Positions 39,284 through 48,070 of a stretch of 64,000 bases of DNA are shown here, one piece after another (the first letter of the stretch is position 1; each line of letters starts with the position of its first letter). The translations under genes were made by a program, and so were the position numbers. Under the pieces are notes generated by a model. It saw nothing but the letters and a program-made list of their open reading frames with translations, had not been told where the DNA came from and searched no databases. The DNA is taken from contig CAZHVK010000004.1 of the NCBI GenBank assembly GCA_964535955.1, positions 70,222 to 134,221 on the forward strand. The letters are read 5' to 3'. Source of the stretch: an uncultured Methanosarcinales archaeon. Lineage in GTDB: Archaea; Nanobdellota; Nanobdellia; Woesearchaeales; CAXGTL01.

Positions 39284-39364
39284 ATATATATAGTGGGTGA
39301 TTTTTATGTTTATAAGTATTATTAGGTTTGAGAGGATACTTACATTAGGTTTGAAAATACCTTT

Positions 39365-40183
39365 TCACAACTTCTGTATAGACTTCAAATTCTCAATCCT
39401 TTTTTTAGCAGAGATTGCTGTAGAAAACAGGTGCCAGAACACTTTTTGCATCCACTTTACCCAATCTTCATCATATATTGAATAAAACAAATAATTATAT
39501 GATTCTGTTTTTTTAAAAAAACATTTTTCTTTTAACCTGATAAGTGAATTATCAACAATAAAAGCTCTTAATGCTTGTTCGTGATGTCTTATTTCAATCA
39601 AATCTTTTCCTAGTTTATGGTTTAGGTTTAATATTTTTTCCACATTTTTCAATGAATTAAGATCAATATTAGCCATAATTTTTATTGGTATATTGTTTTT
39701 TATCAAATATTCAAAACCAGAGATCAATGGAACATTGTTTTGTTTGCCCTGAGCCCATGTCAGATCTCCTGCAAATATCAATAATTGTTTTTTACTTGAT
39801 TTTACAGTTCCAATCAAGTCTTGCTTAATATTAAGATTTTTTTCTTGTTTTTCTAGAAAAGCTCCTCTTTTATCATTGTCAATGTATTGGTAAATATCAA
39901 ATGCACTAAAATGCTTTTTTGAATAAATAATCTTGTTAAACAATTTTTCCTGAAATGTTGACTGGTTTTTATCTACAAGATTCCAATATACAATCTTTAA
40001 AGCACCCCTTGTACCACCTCTGAATGTTCTTACATCAATTGTTCCATATTCTTGTGATATTTTGCTTACATAAGAATCAGCAGTATGCCAGCTTTTGCTG
40101 ATTAATTGTGCTATTTCCTGGACTGTTCTAGGTTTTTGCGCAACAAAATCATTGATCTTGTTTATTATTTGTTTATTAAGCAT
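39365..40183 (-). CDS. HTH transcriptional regulator with TrmB/PLD-like C-terminal domain
   Basis: N-terminal PRTVQEIAQLISKSWHTADSY; C-terminal RAFIVDN...WMQKVFWHLF. Confidence 0.65.
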   Translation of the reverse strand: MLNKQIINKINDFVAQKPRTVQEIAQLISKSWHTADSYVSKISQEYGTIDVRTFRGGTRGALKIVYWNLVDKNQSTFQEKLFNKIIYSKKHFSAFDIYQYIDNDKRGAFLEKQEKNLNIKQDLIGTVKSSKKQLLIFAGDLTWAQGKQNNVPLISGFEYLIKNNIPIKIMANIDLNSLKNVEKILNLNHKLGKDLIEIRHHEQALRAFIVDNSLIRLKEKCFFKKTESYNYLFYSIYDEDWVKWMQKVFWHLFSTAISAKKRIENLKSIQKL

Positions 40184-40283
40184 GTATATAGAAAATGCAA
40201 CACCTTTATAAATTTTTTGTAAGAAATATCCATATATTATGCAACACTATTATAATATATCTAATGGTTTGGGGGTAATAAAC

Positions 40284-40745
40284 ATGGATAAAAAAGAATT
40301 ACAAATGCTTGCGCATTTAAGGACAAATGGTAGAATGAGACTGACAATCATGAGCAAAAAAATACATGTACCAGTTTCAACTTTGTATGACAAACTAAAA
40401 CAATTTCAAAAAGGTTTGATAAAAAAACACACAGCTCTTATTGATTTTAAAAAACTTGGTTTTCACACAAAGTCCAGAACAATGATCAAAGTTGATAAAC
40501 ATGATAGAAATTCTGTAAAATTATATTTGTCAAATCATCCAAACATAAACTCTGTGTACAAGATAAATAATGGCTATGACTTCTTAATAGAAGGAATATT
40601 CAGACATATAAGAGATGTTGAAGATTTTCTTGAAAAACTTGATCAAAAATTCAATATAAAAGAAGAAAAGACATATTATGTTGTAGATGAAATCAAAGAA
40701 GAAGGATTTTTGTCAAACCCTGATTTGTTGTTGGTTGTGATGTGA
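40284..40745 (+). CDS. Lrp/AsnC family transcriptional regulator
   Basis: LRTNGRMRLT..VPVSTLYDKL; VYKINNGYDFLIE; paralog of 42710-43186. Confidence 0.9.
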   Translation: MDKKELQMLAHLRTNGRMRLTIMSKKIHVPVSTLYDKLKQFQKGLIKKHTALIDFKKLGFHTKSRTMIKVDKHDRNSVKLYLSNHPNINSVYKINNGYDFLIEGIFRHIRDVEDFLEKLDQKFNIKEEKTYYVVDEIKEEGFLSNPDLLLVVM

Positions 40746-41278
40746 TGAACATAACAAAACCAATTGGAAAAAGAAACAGACTTTATACTAAAGAAGAAGC
40801 AATGGCTATGTTAGAAAAACAAAAAAAAGAAGAAAAGAAAAAAGAACAAAAACAACAAAATACAAAACAACAAAAAAACAAAAAACAACAAAAAAACAAG
40901 AAAACAAAAAGAGATGAAGAAGAAATCATAATAAAAGGACCACATTCCTACACAAACCATTATCTCTTTAAACTGTTTCCATTATTAGACCAAGCAAGAT
41001 GTGTCATAAACAATAACAAAGACGCACCTGATGAAATTGAGATTATTCATGAGGACAAAGTAAGTGAACATGTTTACCTCGCAACACACCTATACATATT
41101 AAAGCATTATTCTGGTTTGATCAGGCACAGGTTTGGTAGCCATCCTTATGAAGGAAGAATGGATTATGGAAGAGACTATTGTTCTCTTCAGGAGATTGTA
41201 GATAATAATTGGATTGAAGAAAAAAGTCTTGAGGTAATGTATAATAATTTGTTGGATATTGTTGATAAGTATTCTTAA
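40742..41278 (+). CDS. hypothetical protein, NITKPIG-leader family (paralog of 42151-42696)
   Basis: Shared N-terminus, K/Q-rich linker, C-terminal MYNNLLDIVDKYS. Confidence 0.7.
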   Translation: MMNITKPIGKRNRLYTKEEAMAMLEKQKKEEKKKEQKQQNTKQQKNKKQQKNKKTKRDEEEIIIKGPHSYTNHYLFKLFPLLDQARCVINNNKDAPDEIEIIHEDKVSEHVYLATHLYILKHYSGLIRHRFGSHPYEGRMDYGRDYCSLQEIVDNNWIEEKSLEVMYNNLLDIVDKYS

Positions 41279-41281
41279 AAA

Positions 41282-42157
41282 ATGATAAACATAACAAAGC
41301 CGATCGGAGAGAGAAAAAGATTGTTGAGTAAAGAAGAAGCTAAAGCAATGTTAGAAATATATGAAGCTGTTGGTAAAAGAATTCAAGATAAAAATCCAGT
41401 ATCCATAACCTATGATTCAGATTATTTTGTAATAGATGATTTTGTAAGAAAAGATGCAAATGGAAACATAATCGAGCAATATGATAAATTAGGCGTGATG
41501 AATGATGTTGTAAGATATAAAACAGAAACTTATAATAATAATACTCAACCTAGGCATAAAAGCAAAACACCTTATCTCTGGACTACTGTTTTTGAAAAAC
41601 AAGAAAATTTATGGCTGCCGAGCAGTGCTACACTAGCTGGAATCATGATCTGTTTGTTTAGAAAAGCTGTTGAAAAAGGTAAAAATGGTAATTTTATTGT
41701 TGTTGATGAAAAAGCAGCAAGATTGTTAGAACAGTTCAAAGATTATGGAAAAGTCACTGGATGGCATGCATGCAATACTGTTTTCATTGATAATAAAATA
41801 ATACATTATCCTGGTACAGATGATTATCCTGGTATTTATACAAATAACATCAATCAAAAATTAGATAGAAAAGTATTGCCATTTAATAGAGTATTAGAAT
41901 TACAATATCTGGGTAATTTTCTTAGATCTGATAAAGGAAGAATGAATATAATTAATTTTACAGGTGAGTATGATGAACCTGAAATTTTACTAGATATTGG
42001 TAAATATTTTAAAAGAACACCAATAATCCATGGACCTTTAAGCAGGTATATCAGAGCATGTTGGTTTGGCTGTGATAGTAGATCCCTTGAGCTTTATGCT
42101 GTTAAGAAGATTCATTTCGATGCTGGTGCCCGAGGAGTATGTAAAATAAAATGCTAA
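41282..42157 (+). CDS. hypothetical protein, NITKPIG leader plus CLec/DGR-target-like C-terminus
   Basis: Ends RACWFGCDSRSLELYAVKKIHFDAGARGV. Confidence 0.6.
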   Translation: MINITKPIGERKRLLSKEEAKAMLEIYEAVGKRIQDKNPVSITYDSDYFVIDDFVRKDANGNIIEQYDKLGVMNDVVRYKTETYNNNTQPRHKSKTPYLWTTVFEKQENLWLPSSATLAGIMICLFRKAVEKGKNGNFIVVDEKAARLLEQFKDYGKVTGWHACNTVFIDNKIIHYPGTDDYPGIYTNNINQKLDRKVLPFNRVLELQYLGNFLRSDKGRMNIINFTGEYDEPEILLDIGKYFKRTPIIHGPLSRYIRACWFGCDSRSLELYAVKKIHFDAGARGVCKIKC

Positions 42158-42696
42158 ACATAACAAGACCAATTGGAGAAAGAAACAGACTTTACACAAA
42201 ACAAGAAGCAATAGCTATGTTAAAAAAACATAAAAAAGAAGAAAAGAAAAAAGAACAAAAACAACAACACATGAAACAAGAACAAAAAGCAAAAGAGAAA
42301 AACAAAAAACCAGACAAATACACACAACAAGATCAACAAAAACAAGAAAACATAAGACCAGATTATTACAAACAAAACCTTGTCTCTTTATTAAAAAAAG
42401 CACAAAAAATAATAAAAAACAACAACAAAACACCAAACAAGTTTCTTATACTAAAACAATATTTTAAAGAAGATTCTTGTTTGCGTAATGGCAATCATTT
42501 CTATTTGTCAAAGCATTGTGATATAGGCTATATAATGAGGCATCATTTTTATTATCTTTCGTCATGTGTAGAAGTAGATTGTGGTAAAGAACCAGCAAAA
42601 CTTGAAGATCTTTTAAAAAATAATTTTGATAATTCAGAAGGAATTAAGATCATGTATGATAATTTGTTGGATATAATAAAGAAGTATTCAGTCTAA
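42151..42696 (+). CDS. hypothetical protein, NITKPIG-leader family
   Basis: Shared N-terminus; C-terminal MYDNLLDIIKKYSV. Confidence 0.7.
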   Translation: MLNITRPIGERNRLYTKQEAIAMLKKHKKEEKKKEQKQQHMKQEQKAKEKNKKPDKYTQQDQQKQENIRPDYYKQNLVSLLKKAQKIIKNNNKTPNKFLILKQYFKEDSCLRNGNHFYLSKHCDIGYIMRHHFYYLSSCVEVDCGKEPAKLEDLLKNNFDNSEGIKIMYDNLLDIIKKYSV

Positions 42697-42709
42697 ACTT
42701 TTATTCTAC

Positions 42710-43186
42710 CTAACCATCACTCTCTCCAACAATCTCAACCAATTCAGGACTACTCAGAAAACCTTCTCTTTTTATTTCATCTATAATATAATAGGCTTTC
42801 TGATCTATGATTGTAAACTTTTCATCTAATTTTTCAATAAAGTCCTCTGCATCTTTGACATGCTTAAATATGCCTTCAACTAAAAAATCATAACCATTAT
42901 TAATCCTAAACACAGAATTAACAAGATGATGTTTTTCTAGATAACTTCTCACCAAATCCCTGTCTGTTTTATTAACTTTTACCATGATATTTGCTTTGGT
43001 ATGAAACCCTAGTGCTTTGAAATCAAGCAAAACAGTATGTTTTCTAATTAATAATTTCTGAAAATTTTTCAACTTATCATATAATGTAGTCACAGGCATG
43101 TGTATTTTTTTGCTTAGCTTTGTTAATTTAATTCTTCCACTTTGCCTTAAATGTGCTAACATTATTAGTTCTTTTGGTTTTAACAT
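42710..43186 (-). CDS. Lrp/AsnC family transcriptional regulator
   Basis: LRQSGRIKLT..MPVTTLYDKL; VFRINNGYDFLVE; GGTGA SD. Confidence 0.9.
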   Translation of the reverse strand: MLKPKELIMLAHLRQSGRIKLTKLSKKIHMPVTTLYDKLKNFQKLLIRKHTVLLDFKALGFHTKANIMVKVNKTDRDLVRSYLEKHHLVNSVFRINNGYDFLVEGIFKHVKDAEDFIEKLDEKFTIIDQKAYYIIDEIKREGFLSSPELVEIVGESDG

Positions 43187-43197
43187 ATTTATTTCAC

Positions 43198-43470
43198 CTA
43201 ATTAAATATCCATATCCTTCTACCCTTAACCTTGCTCCACACATAGATATTTCTTATTCTTTTATCTTTCCTATCAAATGTACTTCCAATAGTAATGTCA
43301 AAATTTGTAATAGGAGCACCTGTTCTTCTTTTTCTCACATCTATCTCACTAAACTCTCTCCATTCTTTACCAAAGTCTATAGGTGCATCATCAACTACAT
43401 TTCCGCACCTAGTACAATAGACTATGGTTGATTCAACTTTCAATATTCCATTACATTCTCGACATTTCAT
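43198..43470 (-). CDS. stand-alone TFB/TFIIB N-terminal module (zinc ribbon + B-reader)
   Basis: KCREC...YCTRCGNVVDD..IDFGKEWREF...RRTGAP; ATGA overlap with upstream gene. Confidence 0.88.
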   Translation of the reverse strand: MKCRECNGILKVESTIVYCTRCGNVVDDAPIDFGKEWREFSEIDVRKRRTGAPITNFDITIGSTFDRKDKRIRNIYVWSKVKGRRIWIFN

Positions 43471-45773
43471 TTTATAGTTGTGAGGGCTTTTTCGATCTTT
43501 TCAACATCTACATCTGCTGCTTCACTTATATCTTTCATGTCATACTTAACATTGTTCTTTTCATAGATCCTACACATAGCAACAGCTACCAAGATCTTCA
43601 TGTTCTTGTCTCTTAACCTTCCTTGTTTGATAAATTCTCCTAACTTCAGCATAAGTTCTTCTTTTTCTTTTATGCTTAGGTTAAGCATTGCAGACACTAT
43701 TTTTGTCTGTCTTAGCAAGATTCCAATGCACCTGTTAGCACGGTCTTCCCAAGTACCTATCTTGTACTTGGTTCCACTATATGCTGTTCTAAGATCCTCC
43801 AGTGTAATACCAAACTCACCGTATGGCATAAAATGTGTGCCTATTGTTACACCACGTTCATGAATGTCTGTACCAAGTCCTCTGTCATATTCTGTGTATT
43901 TTTCACTTCCAAATATTGCTCCAAGACCAGCTCTTCCACTATCTTTTCTTGAAACCTTAGAGAGTTGCATCCTTAACTTCCTTTCTATAGGAGTGCTTGA
44001 ACGATTCTGCCATCTTCTTAGTCTGTAGAATTTCCCACTACTAGGCATTTTTCTGCAAGCATGGAGTCCACTCAAAACACCAACTCTTGCACCAGCCATA
44101 ACAGGATCCACATCTTGCGGAACTTCATTACCAATCTCTGCATCAATCACAGCTTTTTCACCTTTTTCAGTATCAACAGCAACAAGAGATGTATATTGTG
44201 ACATCAGATGATACTTTAATGCAATCTTTGTAATCTTTGCTTCTAATTCTTTGTTCAGACCTCTTGCATGGTGTGCAATATAATCTTCAGACATTAGTTT
44301 AGCAATATGTTTTCTAGCCCATAACATTGATATTGCACTTCCTTGTTTTTTCTTACTAAACTTGATTTTGATCTTTTTCTCAAATCCATCTGCTTTTATC
44401 ACTAAGATGCCATCTTTTTTTGTTTTACCATACACAACAACAGGTTTATTACTAAACAGATCATTTACCATTTTCGGATATATTTCTGCACCCGCCATAT
44501 TAATTTGTATATTTTTTAGCAATGGATTAGCAATCATGCTATAAAATTTCTTAGCAGCTTGTTTTGCATCATCATCAGTTGTTACATACAATATTTCCCC
44601 TCTTCCTTCTTCAGCCATTTTTTCAGTAAGATACCTGTTAGAAGAATAACCTACCCCAAACACAAAAAACCTTGCATGTTTTGACCTTGCTTTGATTTCT
44701 TCAATCACTTCAAACTCATTTCCAATTGCACAGTCAGACATAAAACAAACAATCCTTAATCTGTCTTTATCATATGGTAATCCTAATGCTTCTCTTACAG
44801 CAGGAACCATTTGTGTTCCACCATTACCATATCTTTGCACTAAAAATTGTAGTGCTTGTTCAACATTTTCTTCTGTATTCTTTCTTGGAGCTTCAAATAC
44901 TTTTATCATATCATTTGAAAAAGATATCAATTGAAATGTATCATCTTTATTCATATTCTTAATACAATGTTTCATTGTTTCTTTTGCTTTTTCAATAGGC
45001 CATCCACTCATTGAACCAGAATCATCTATCACAAAGATCATTTCTTTTGGCAAAACTTTTTCTTTATCAATTTTCTCAGGAGGATGTATAACAGCCATAA
45101 AAAATTTTTCTTTACCAGCATTTTGTGTAATCACAGCATCTGATATTTCTTTTTCAGTTACATTATATGTTAAGATGAAATCCTTGTTTCTTCTTGCTTT
45201 TTTAACAAGGATCTTATCTTCTTTTACATTTATCTTATGAGACTTTGACTTGATCTTTGTAGGTTTTTTACCAGGATTTAATACTATCTCAAAATCAGCA
45301 ACACATTCTCTTTTAAGACTAAACAATGTAGTGACTTTTTTAGTATCCTCAACACCATGAGGCACAAACTTAGGCATCATTGTCAATGGATGTACATAAG
45401 TATAAGTATTATCTTGTCTTTTTATTTGTTGCAGAAACTTGATTGTTACTTTAATTTCTTGCTTTGGCTGCATATTTGCAATGTTTTGCGTAAACAGGTT
45501 AGGCCTTTCTTGTTCTATCAAGCTTGCCACTTTTCCTTGTTCTTGAGCTTTTTCAAATATTTTTCTAGCTTCTTTTCTTTCTTTAATCTGTGACACAATT
45601 TTTCTTTTTCCTATTTCTATAACACTTTCATATACAGCAGAATTCTCTGGTAATGGAAACTGATATACAACATTTGTAGCTTGTTCTAGATCATTTCCAA
45701 AACATTGTTCTACTTCTACTTCAGCTATATGATTCAATATTTGTGTTTTTATATTCATTTGTTTTAGTTTCAT
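43467..45773 (-). CDS. VIT + vWA domain protein with C-terminal TFB-derived segments
   Basis: VIT: YQFPLPENSAV..IKERKEARKIFEKA..ASLIEQERPNLFT; MIDAS DDSGSMSG, GGT, SD; LWAR, SQYTSLVAVD; TFB-like tail from ~44039; GGTGG SD before ATG 45773. Confidence 0.88.
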   Translation of the reverse strand: MKLKQMNIKTQILNHIAEVEVEQCFGNDLEQATNVVYQFPLPENSAVYESVIEIGKRKIVSQIKERKEARKIFEKAQEQGKVASLIEQERPNLFTQNIANMQPKQEIKVTIKFLQQIKRQDNTYTYVHPLTMMPKFVPHGVEDTKKVTTLFSLKRECVADFEIVLNPGKKPTKIKSKSHKINVKEDKILVKKARRNKDFILTYNVTEKEISDAVITQNAGKEKFFMAVIHPPEKIDKEKVLPKEMIFVIDDSGSMSGWPIEKAKETMKHCIKNMNKDDTFQLISFSNDMIKVFEAPRKNTEENVEQALQFLVQRYGNGGTQMVPAVREALGLPYDKDRLRIVCFMSDCAIGNEFEVIEEIKARSKHARFFVFGVGYSSNRYLTEKMAEEGRGEILYVTTDDDAKQAAKKFYSMIANPLLKNIQINMAGAEIYPKMVNDLFSNKPVVVYGKTKKDGILVIKADGFEKKIKIKFSKKKQGSAISMLWARKHIAKLMSEDYIAHHARGLNKELEAKITKIALKYHLMSQYTSLVAVDTEKGEKAVIDAEIGNEVPQDVDPVMAGARVGVLSGLHACRKMPSSGKFYRLRRWQNRSSTPIERKLRMQLSKVSRKDSGRAGLGAIFGSEKYTEYDRGLGTDIHERGVTIGTHFMPYGEFGITLEDLRTAYSGTKYKIGTWEDRANRCIGILLRQTKIVSAMLNLSIKEKEELMLKLGEFIKQGRLRDKNMKILVAVAMCRIYEKNNVKYDMKDISEAADVDVEKIEKALTTIK

Positions 45774-45794
45774 ATTAACCACCTTTGTTAGTTC

Positions 45795-45908
45795 TGCTGA
45801 AACCCTCGTCTGTAAGACCAGTGAACCAAGGTTAAACCTCGTCAGATGACATTGGTGCTCCATTTGATTTTGCATAGATTGGAGCAGGTGAACGAGTGGG
45901 TTTCAGCA
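45795..45908. ncRNA. putative structured element, copy 2, in the 5' leader of the VIT-vWA-TFB operon
   Basis: Terminal IR TGCTGAAACC(C)..CTCGT / ACGAG..GGTTTCAGCA; hairpin TGCTCCA/TGGAGCA; core CGTCTGTAAGACCAGTGA and GAACGAG. Confidence 0.6.
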
Positions 45909-45974
45909 TACTTTTCAATACTATTATTATAACAATACTCTATATCATCAACCCCATACTATGGTAGGTTATAC

Positions 45975-46030
45975 TCCTATTTAAAGATTTCGGTTTTTTC
46001 GTGGTAAAAATAGATACATTTATATACTAC
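45975..46030. promoter_or_regulatory. divergent BRE/TATA promoters
   Basis: Minus GAAATCTTTAAATA toward the VIT operon; plus ACATTTATATA toward the AbrB gene. Confidence 0.55.
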
Positions 46031-46056
46031 TTCTACTATTATATCTTATATATCTT

Positions 46057-46359
46057 ATGAGGCTGGTAAAAATAGACATAAAAGATGAAGACATTGTAAA
46101 GGAAAAGATCAATGAAATAGAAAATGACTGTCTTAGACAAGAGCTTGAGGTTATAATGAAACACATGAAAGTCAACAGAGACCAAGCCTACACGCTTCTG
46201 ATGAAGTATCGGGATATATGGGAATTTACTAATAATGTCTCAACATCAGGCTCTAGTCTTATTATCACTCTTCCTAAGAAAGATGCAAAAGAAAAAGGCA
46301 TTGAAAAAGGCACTCCAGTGTTTATTGCTCTGAAAAGGCTAAGATTTAAGCATATTTGA
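46057..46359 (+). CDS. AbrB/MazE/SpoVT-type DNA-binding protein
   Basis: VSTSGSSLIITLPKKDAKEKGIEKGTPV. Confidence 0.8.
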   Translation: MRLVKIDIKDEDIVKEKINEIENDCLRQELEVIMKHMKVNRDQAYTLLMKYRDIWEFTNNVSTSGSSLIITLPKKDAKEKGIEKGTPVFIALKRLRFKHI

Positions 46360-46401
46360 TTTCTGATAAAGTTTATATATCATAAAACACTCCCAATTAC
46401 T

Positions 46402-47289
46402 ATGGAACCAAAACTAGACCTTGTCAAAGGCTGTATATTTGGACTGGCAATAGGAGATGCACTTGGAGCAACAGTTGAAAACCTAAATTCTACACAAATA
46501 AAAAACAAGTTTGGTATATTGAAAGATATTCTAGGTGCTGGATGGTTAGGTCTAAGACCAGGCCAGTTCACAGATGATACACAAATGATGTTATGCTTAG
46601 CACATTCTTTAGTAGAAAAAAAAGGTTTTGATATAAATGACATTGCACATAGATATGTTATATGGAAAAATTCTAATCCACCAGACATTGGCAGAACAGT
46701 TAGAAAAGCAGTTACTAATCTAGAAAATGGTGTTCCACCTACAAAGTCAGGCATTCCTGCACCAGCAGCTGGAAACGGCAGTGTAATGAGATGTGCACCA
46801 ATTGGAATAGCATTTTGTAATTCTAAGTTTTTAGAAGAATATTCAATGCTTGACTCAGGAATAACACACGCAAACCCAATGTGCAGAGAATTGTGTGCAA
46901 TGATTAATCTTATGATTTCAAAATTAATAAAAGGTGAAGAACTTAAACAGGTTTTTAAATCAGTAACTTCAAAAATAGATTACAAAGACAATCAAACAAT
47001 TGTTTTTGGAACACAACCTGCTAATTATCCATCTGCATACATACTAGACACATTACCAACAGTATTTGCAGCACTTAATAATAATTCAGACTTTGAATCA
47101 ACATTAATAACAGTTGTTAATTATGGTGGTGACGCAGACACAACAGGTGCAATTTGCGGTGCAATTGCAGGCGCTTATTATGGTTTTAGTTCTATACCTA
47201 AAAAATGGTTAGATAAGATAGATTGTTATGAAGAATTAGAAAAGGTTAGTATTGGTTTGCTTGAGTTGAGTAAAAAGATAAAGAAATAA
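46402..47289 (+). CDS. ADP-ribosylglycohydrolase (DraG/ARH family)
   Basis: GLAIGDALGATVE, FTDDTQM, GNGSVMRCAP, ITH, GGDADTTGA. Confidence 0.95.
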   Translation: MEPKLDLVKGCIFGLAIGDALGATVENLNSTQIKNKFGILKDILGAGWLGLRPGQFTDDTQMMLCLAHSLVEKKGFDINDIAHRYVIWKNSNPPDIGRTVRKAVTNLENGVPPTKSGIPAPAAGNGSVMRCAPIGIAFCNSKFLEEYSMLDSGITHANPMCRELCAMINLMISKLIKGEELKQVFKSVTSKIDYKDNQTIVFGTQPANYPSAYILDTLPTVFAALNNNSDFESTLITVVNYGGDADTTGAICGAIAGAYYGFSSIPKKWLDKIDCYEELEKVSIGLLELSKKIKK

Positions 47290-47344
47290 TAAAAGAATCA
47301 ACTAACATTAAATTTATATACAAGAACCTCTTTGTAAATAGAAT

Positions 47345-48070
47345 ATGAAAGAAGAAGTCCTTAAAGAAATTGGGTTTAGTAAAAACCAAGCAAAAGTATA
47401 TCTAGCTTTATTGGACCTAGGTTCTGCTACTGCCAATAGGATTGCAGACAAAAGCAAAGTCCATAGGACAAATGTATATGATACACTAAAAGGATTGATT
47501 AAAAAAGGACTTGTTACTTATGTTTTCAAAGACAAGATAAGATATTATCAAGCAACAGATCCAAAAAATCTTATAAACTTGTTAAAAGAAAAAGAACTTC
47601 ATTTATTAGAGATTCTGCCTCAGCTTTCTTTGACAAACAAGATGACTAAGACAAAACCAAGAGCAAAGATATATGAAGGCATGGCCGCATTCAAGCTTTT
47701 TTGTTATGACATACTTAAGTATAAAGATGAAATTACTATTTTTGGCATACCTAAAAGAGTTCCTAATTTAGTTAAACATTGGATTGATAATTATCATAGA
47801 GAACATGCAAGACAAAAGATACTTATGACTCACATCTATAATTCTGGTGCAAAAGAAAGAATTAAATATCTTAATACACTTCCATATTGTAGGGCAAGAT
47901 CATTACCAAAACAATATGATTCTCCTGTTTCGACTTTTGTCTGTGGTGATGAAGTAGTTCTTGTAATGTGGGACATAGATCCTTTGCTTTTTGTAAGGAT
48001 AAATAACCGCGCTCTTGCAGACTCATATAAAAAATATTTTTCTTTGATGTGGAAGATTGCAAAAGAGTGA
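47345..48070 (+). CDS. TrmB family transcriptional regulator
   Basis: LKEIGFSKNQAKVYLALL..HRTNVYDTLKGL..KGLV. Confidence 0.9.
   Translation: MKEEVLKEIGFSKNQAKVYLALLDLGSATANRIADKSKVHRTNVYDTLKGLIKKGLVTYVFKDKIRYYQATDPKNLINLLKEKELHLLEILPQLSLTNKMTKTKPRAKIYEGMAAFKLFCYDILKYKDEITIFGIPKRVPNLVKHWIDNYHREHARQKILMTHIYNSGAKERIKYLNTLPYCRARSLPKQYDSPVSTFVCGDEVVLVMWDIDPLLFVRINNRALADSYKKYFSLMWKIAKE

Noticed and set aside
43198..44039. Ordinary frameshifted tfb housekeeping gene
   Set aside because: The ribbon gene lies downstream of the core segments, the core is fused to VIT-vWA, and the second cyclin repeat is missing
45795..45908. Hammerhead ribozyme or c-di-AMP riboswitch
   Set aside because: CTGACGAG occurs on the minus strand but no GAAA follows stem II and copy 1 lacks it; only scattered words resemble ydaO
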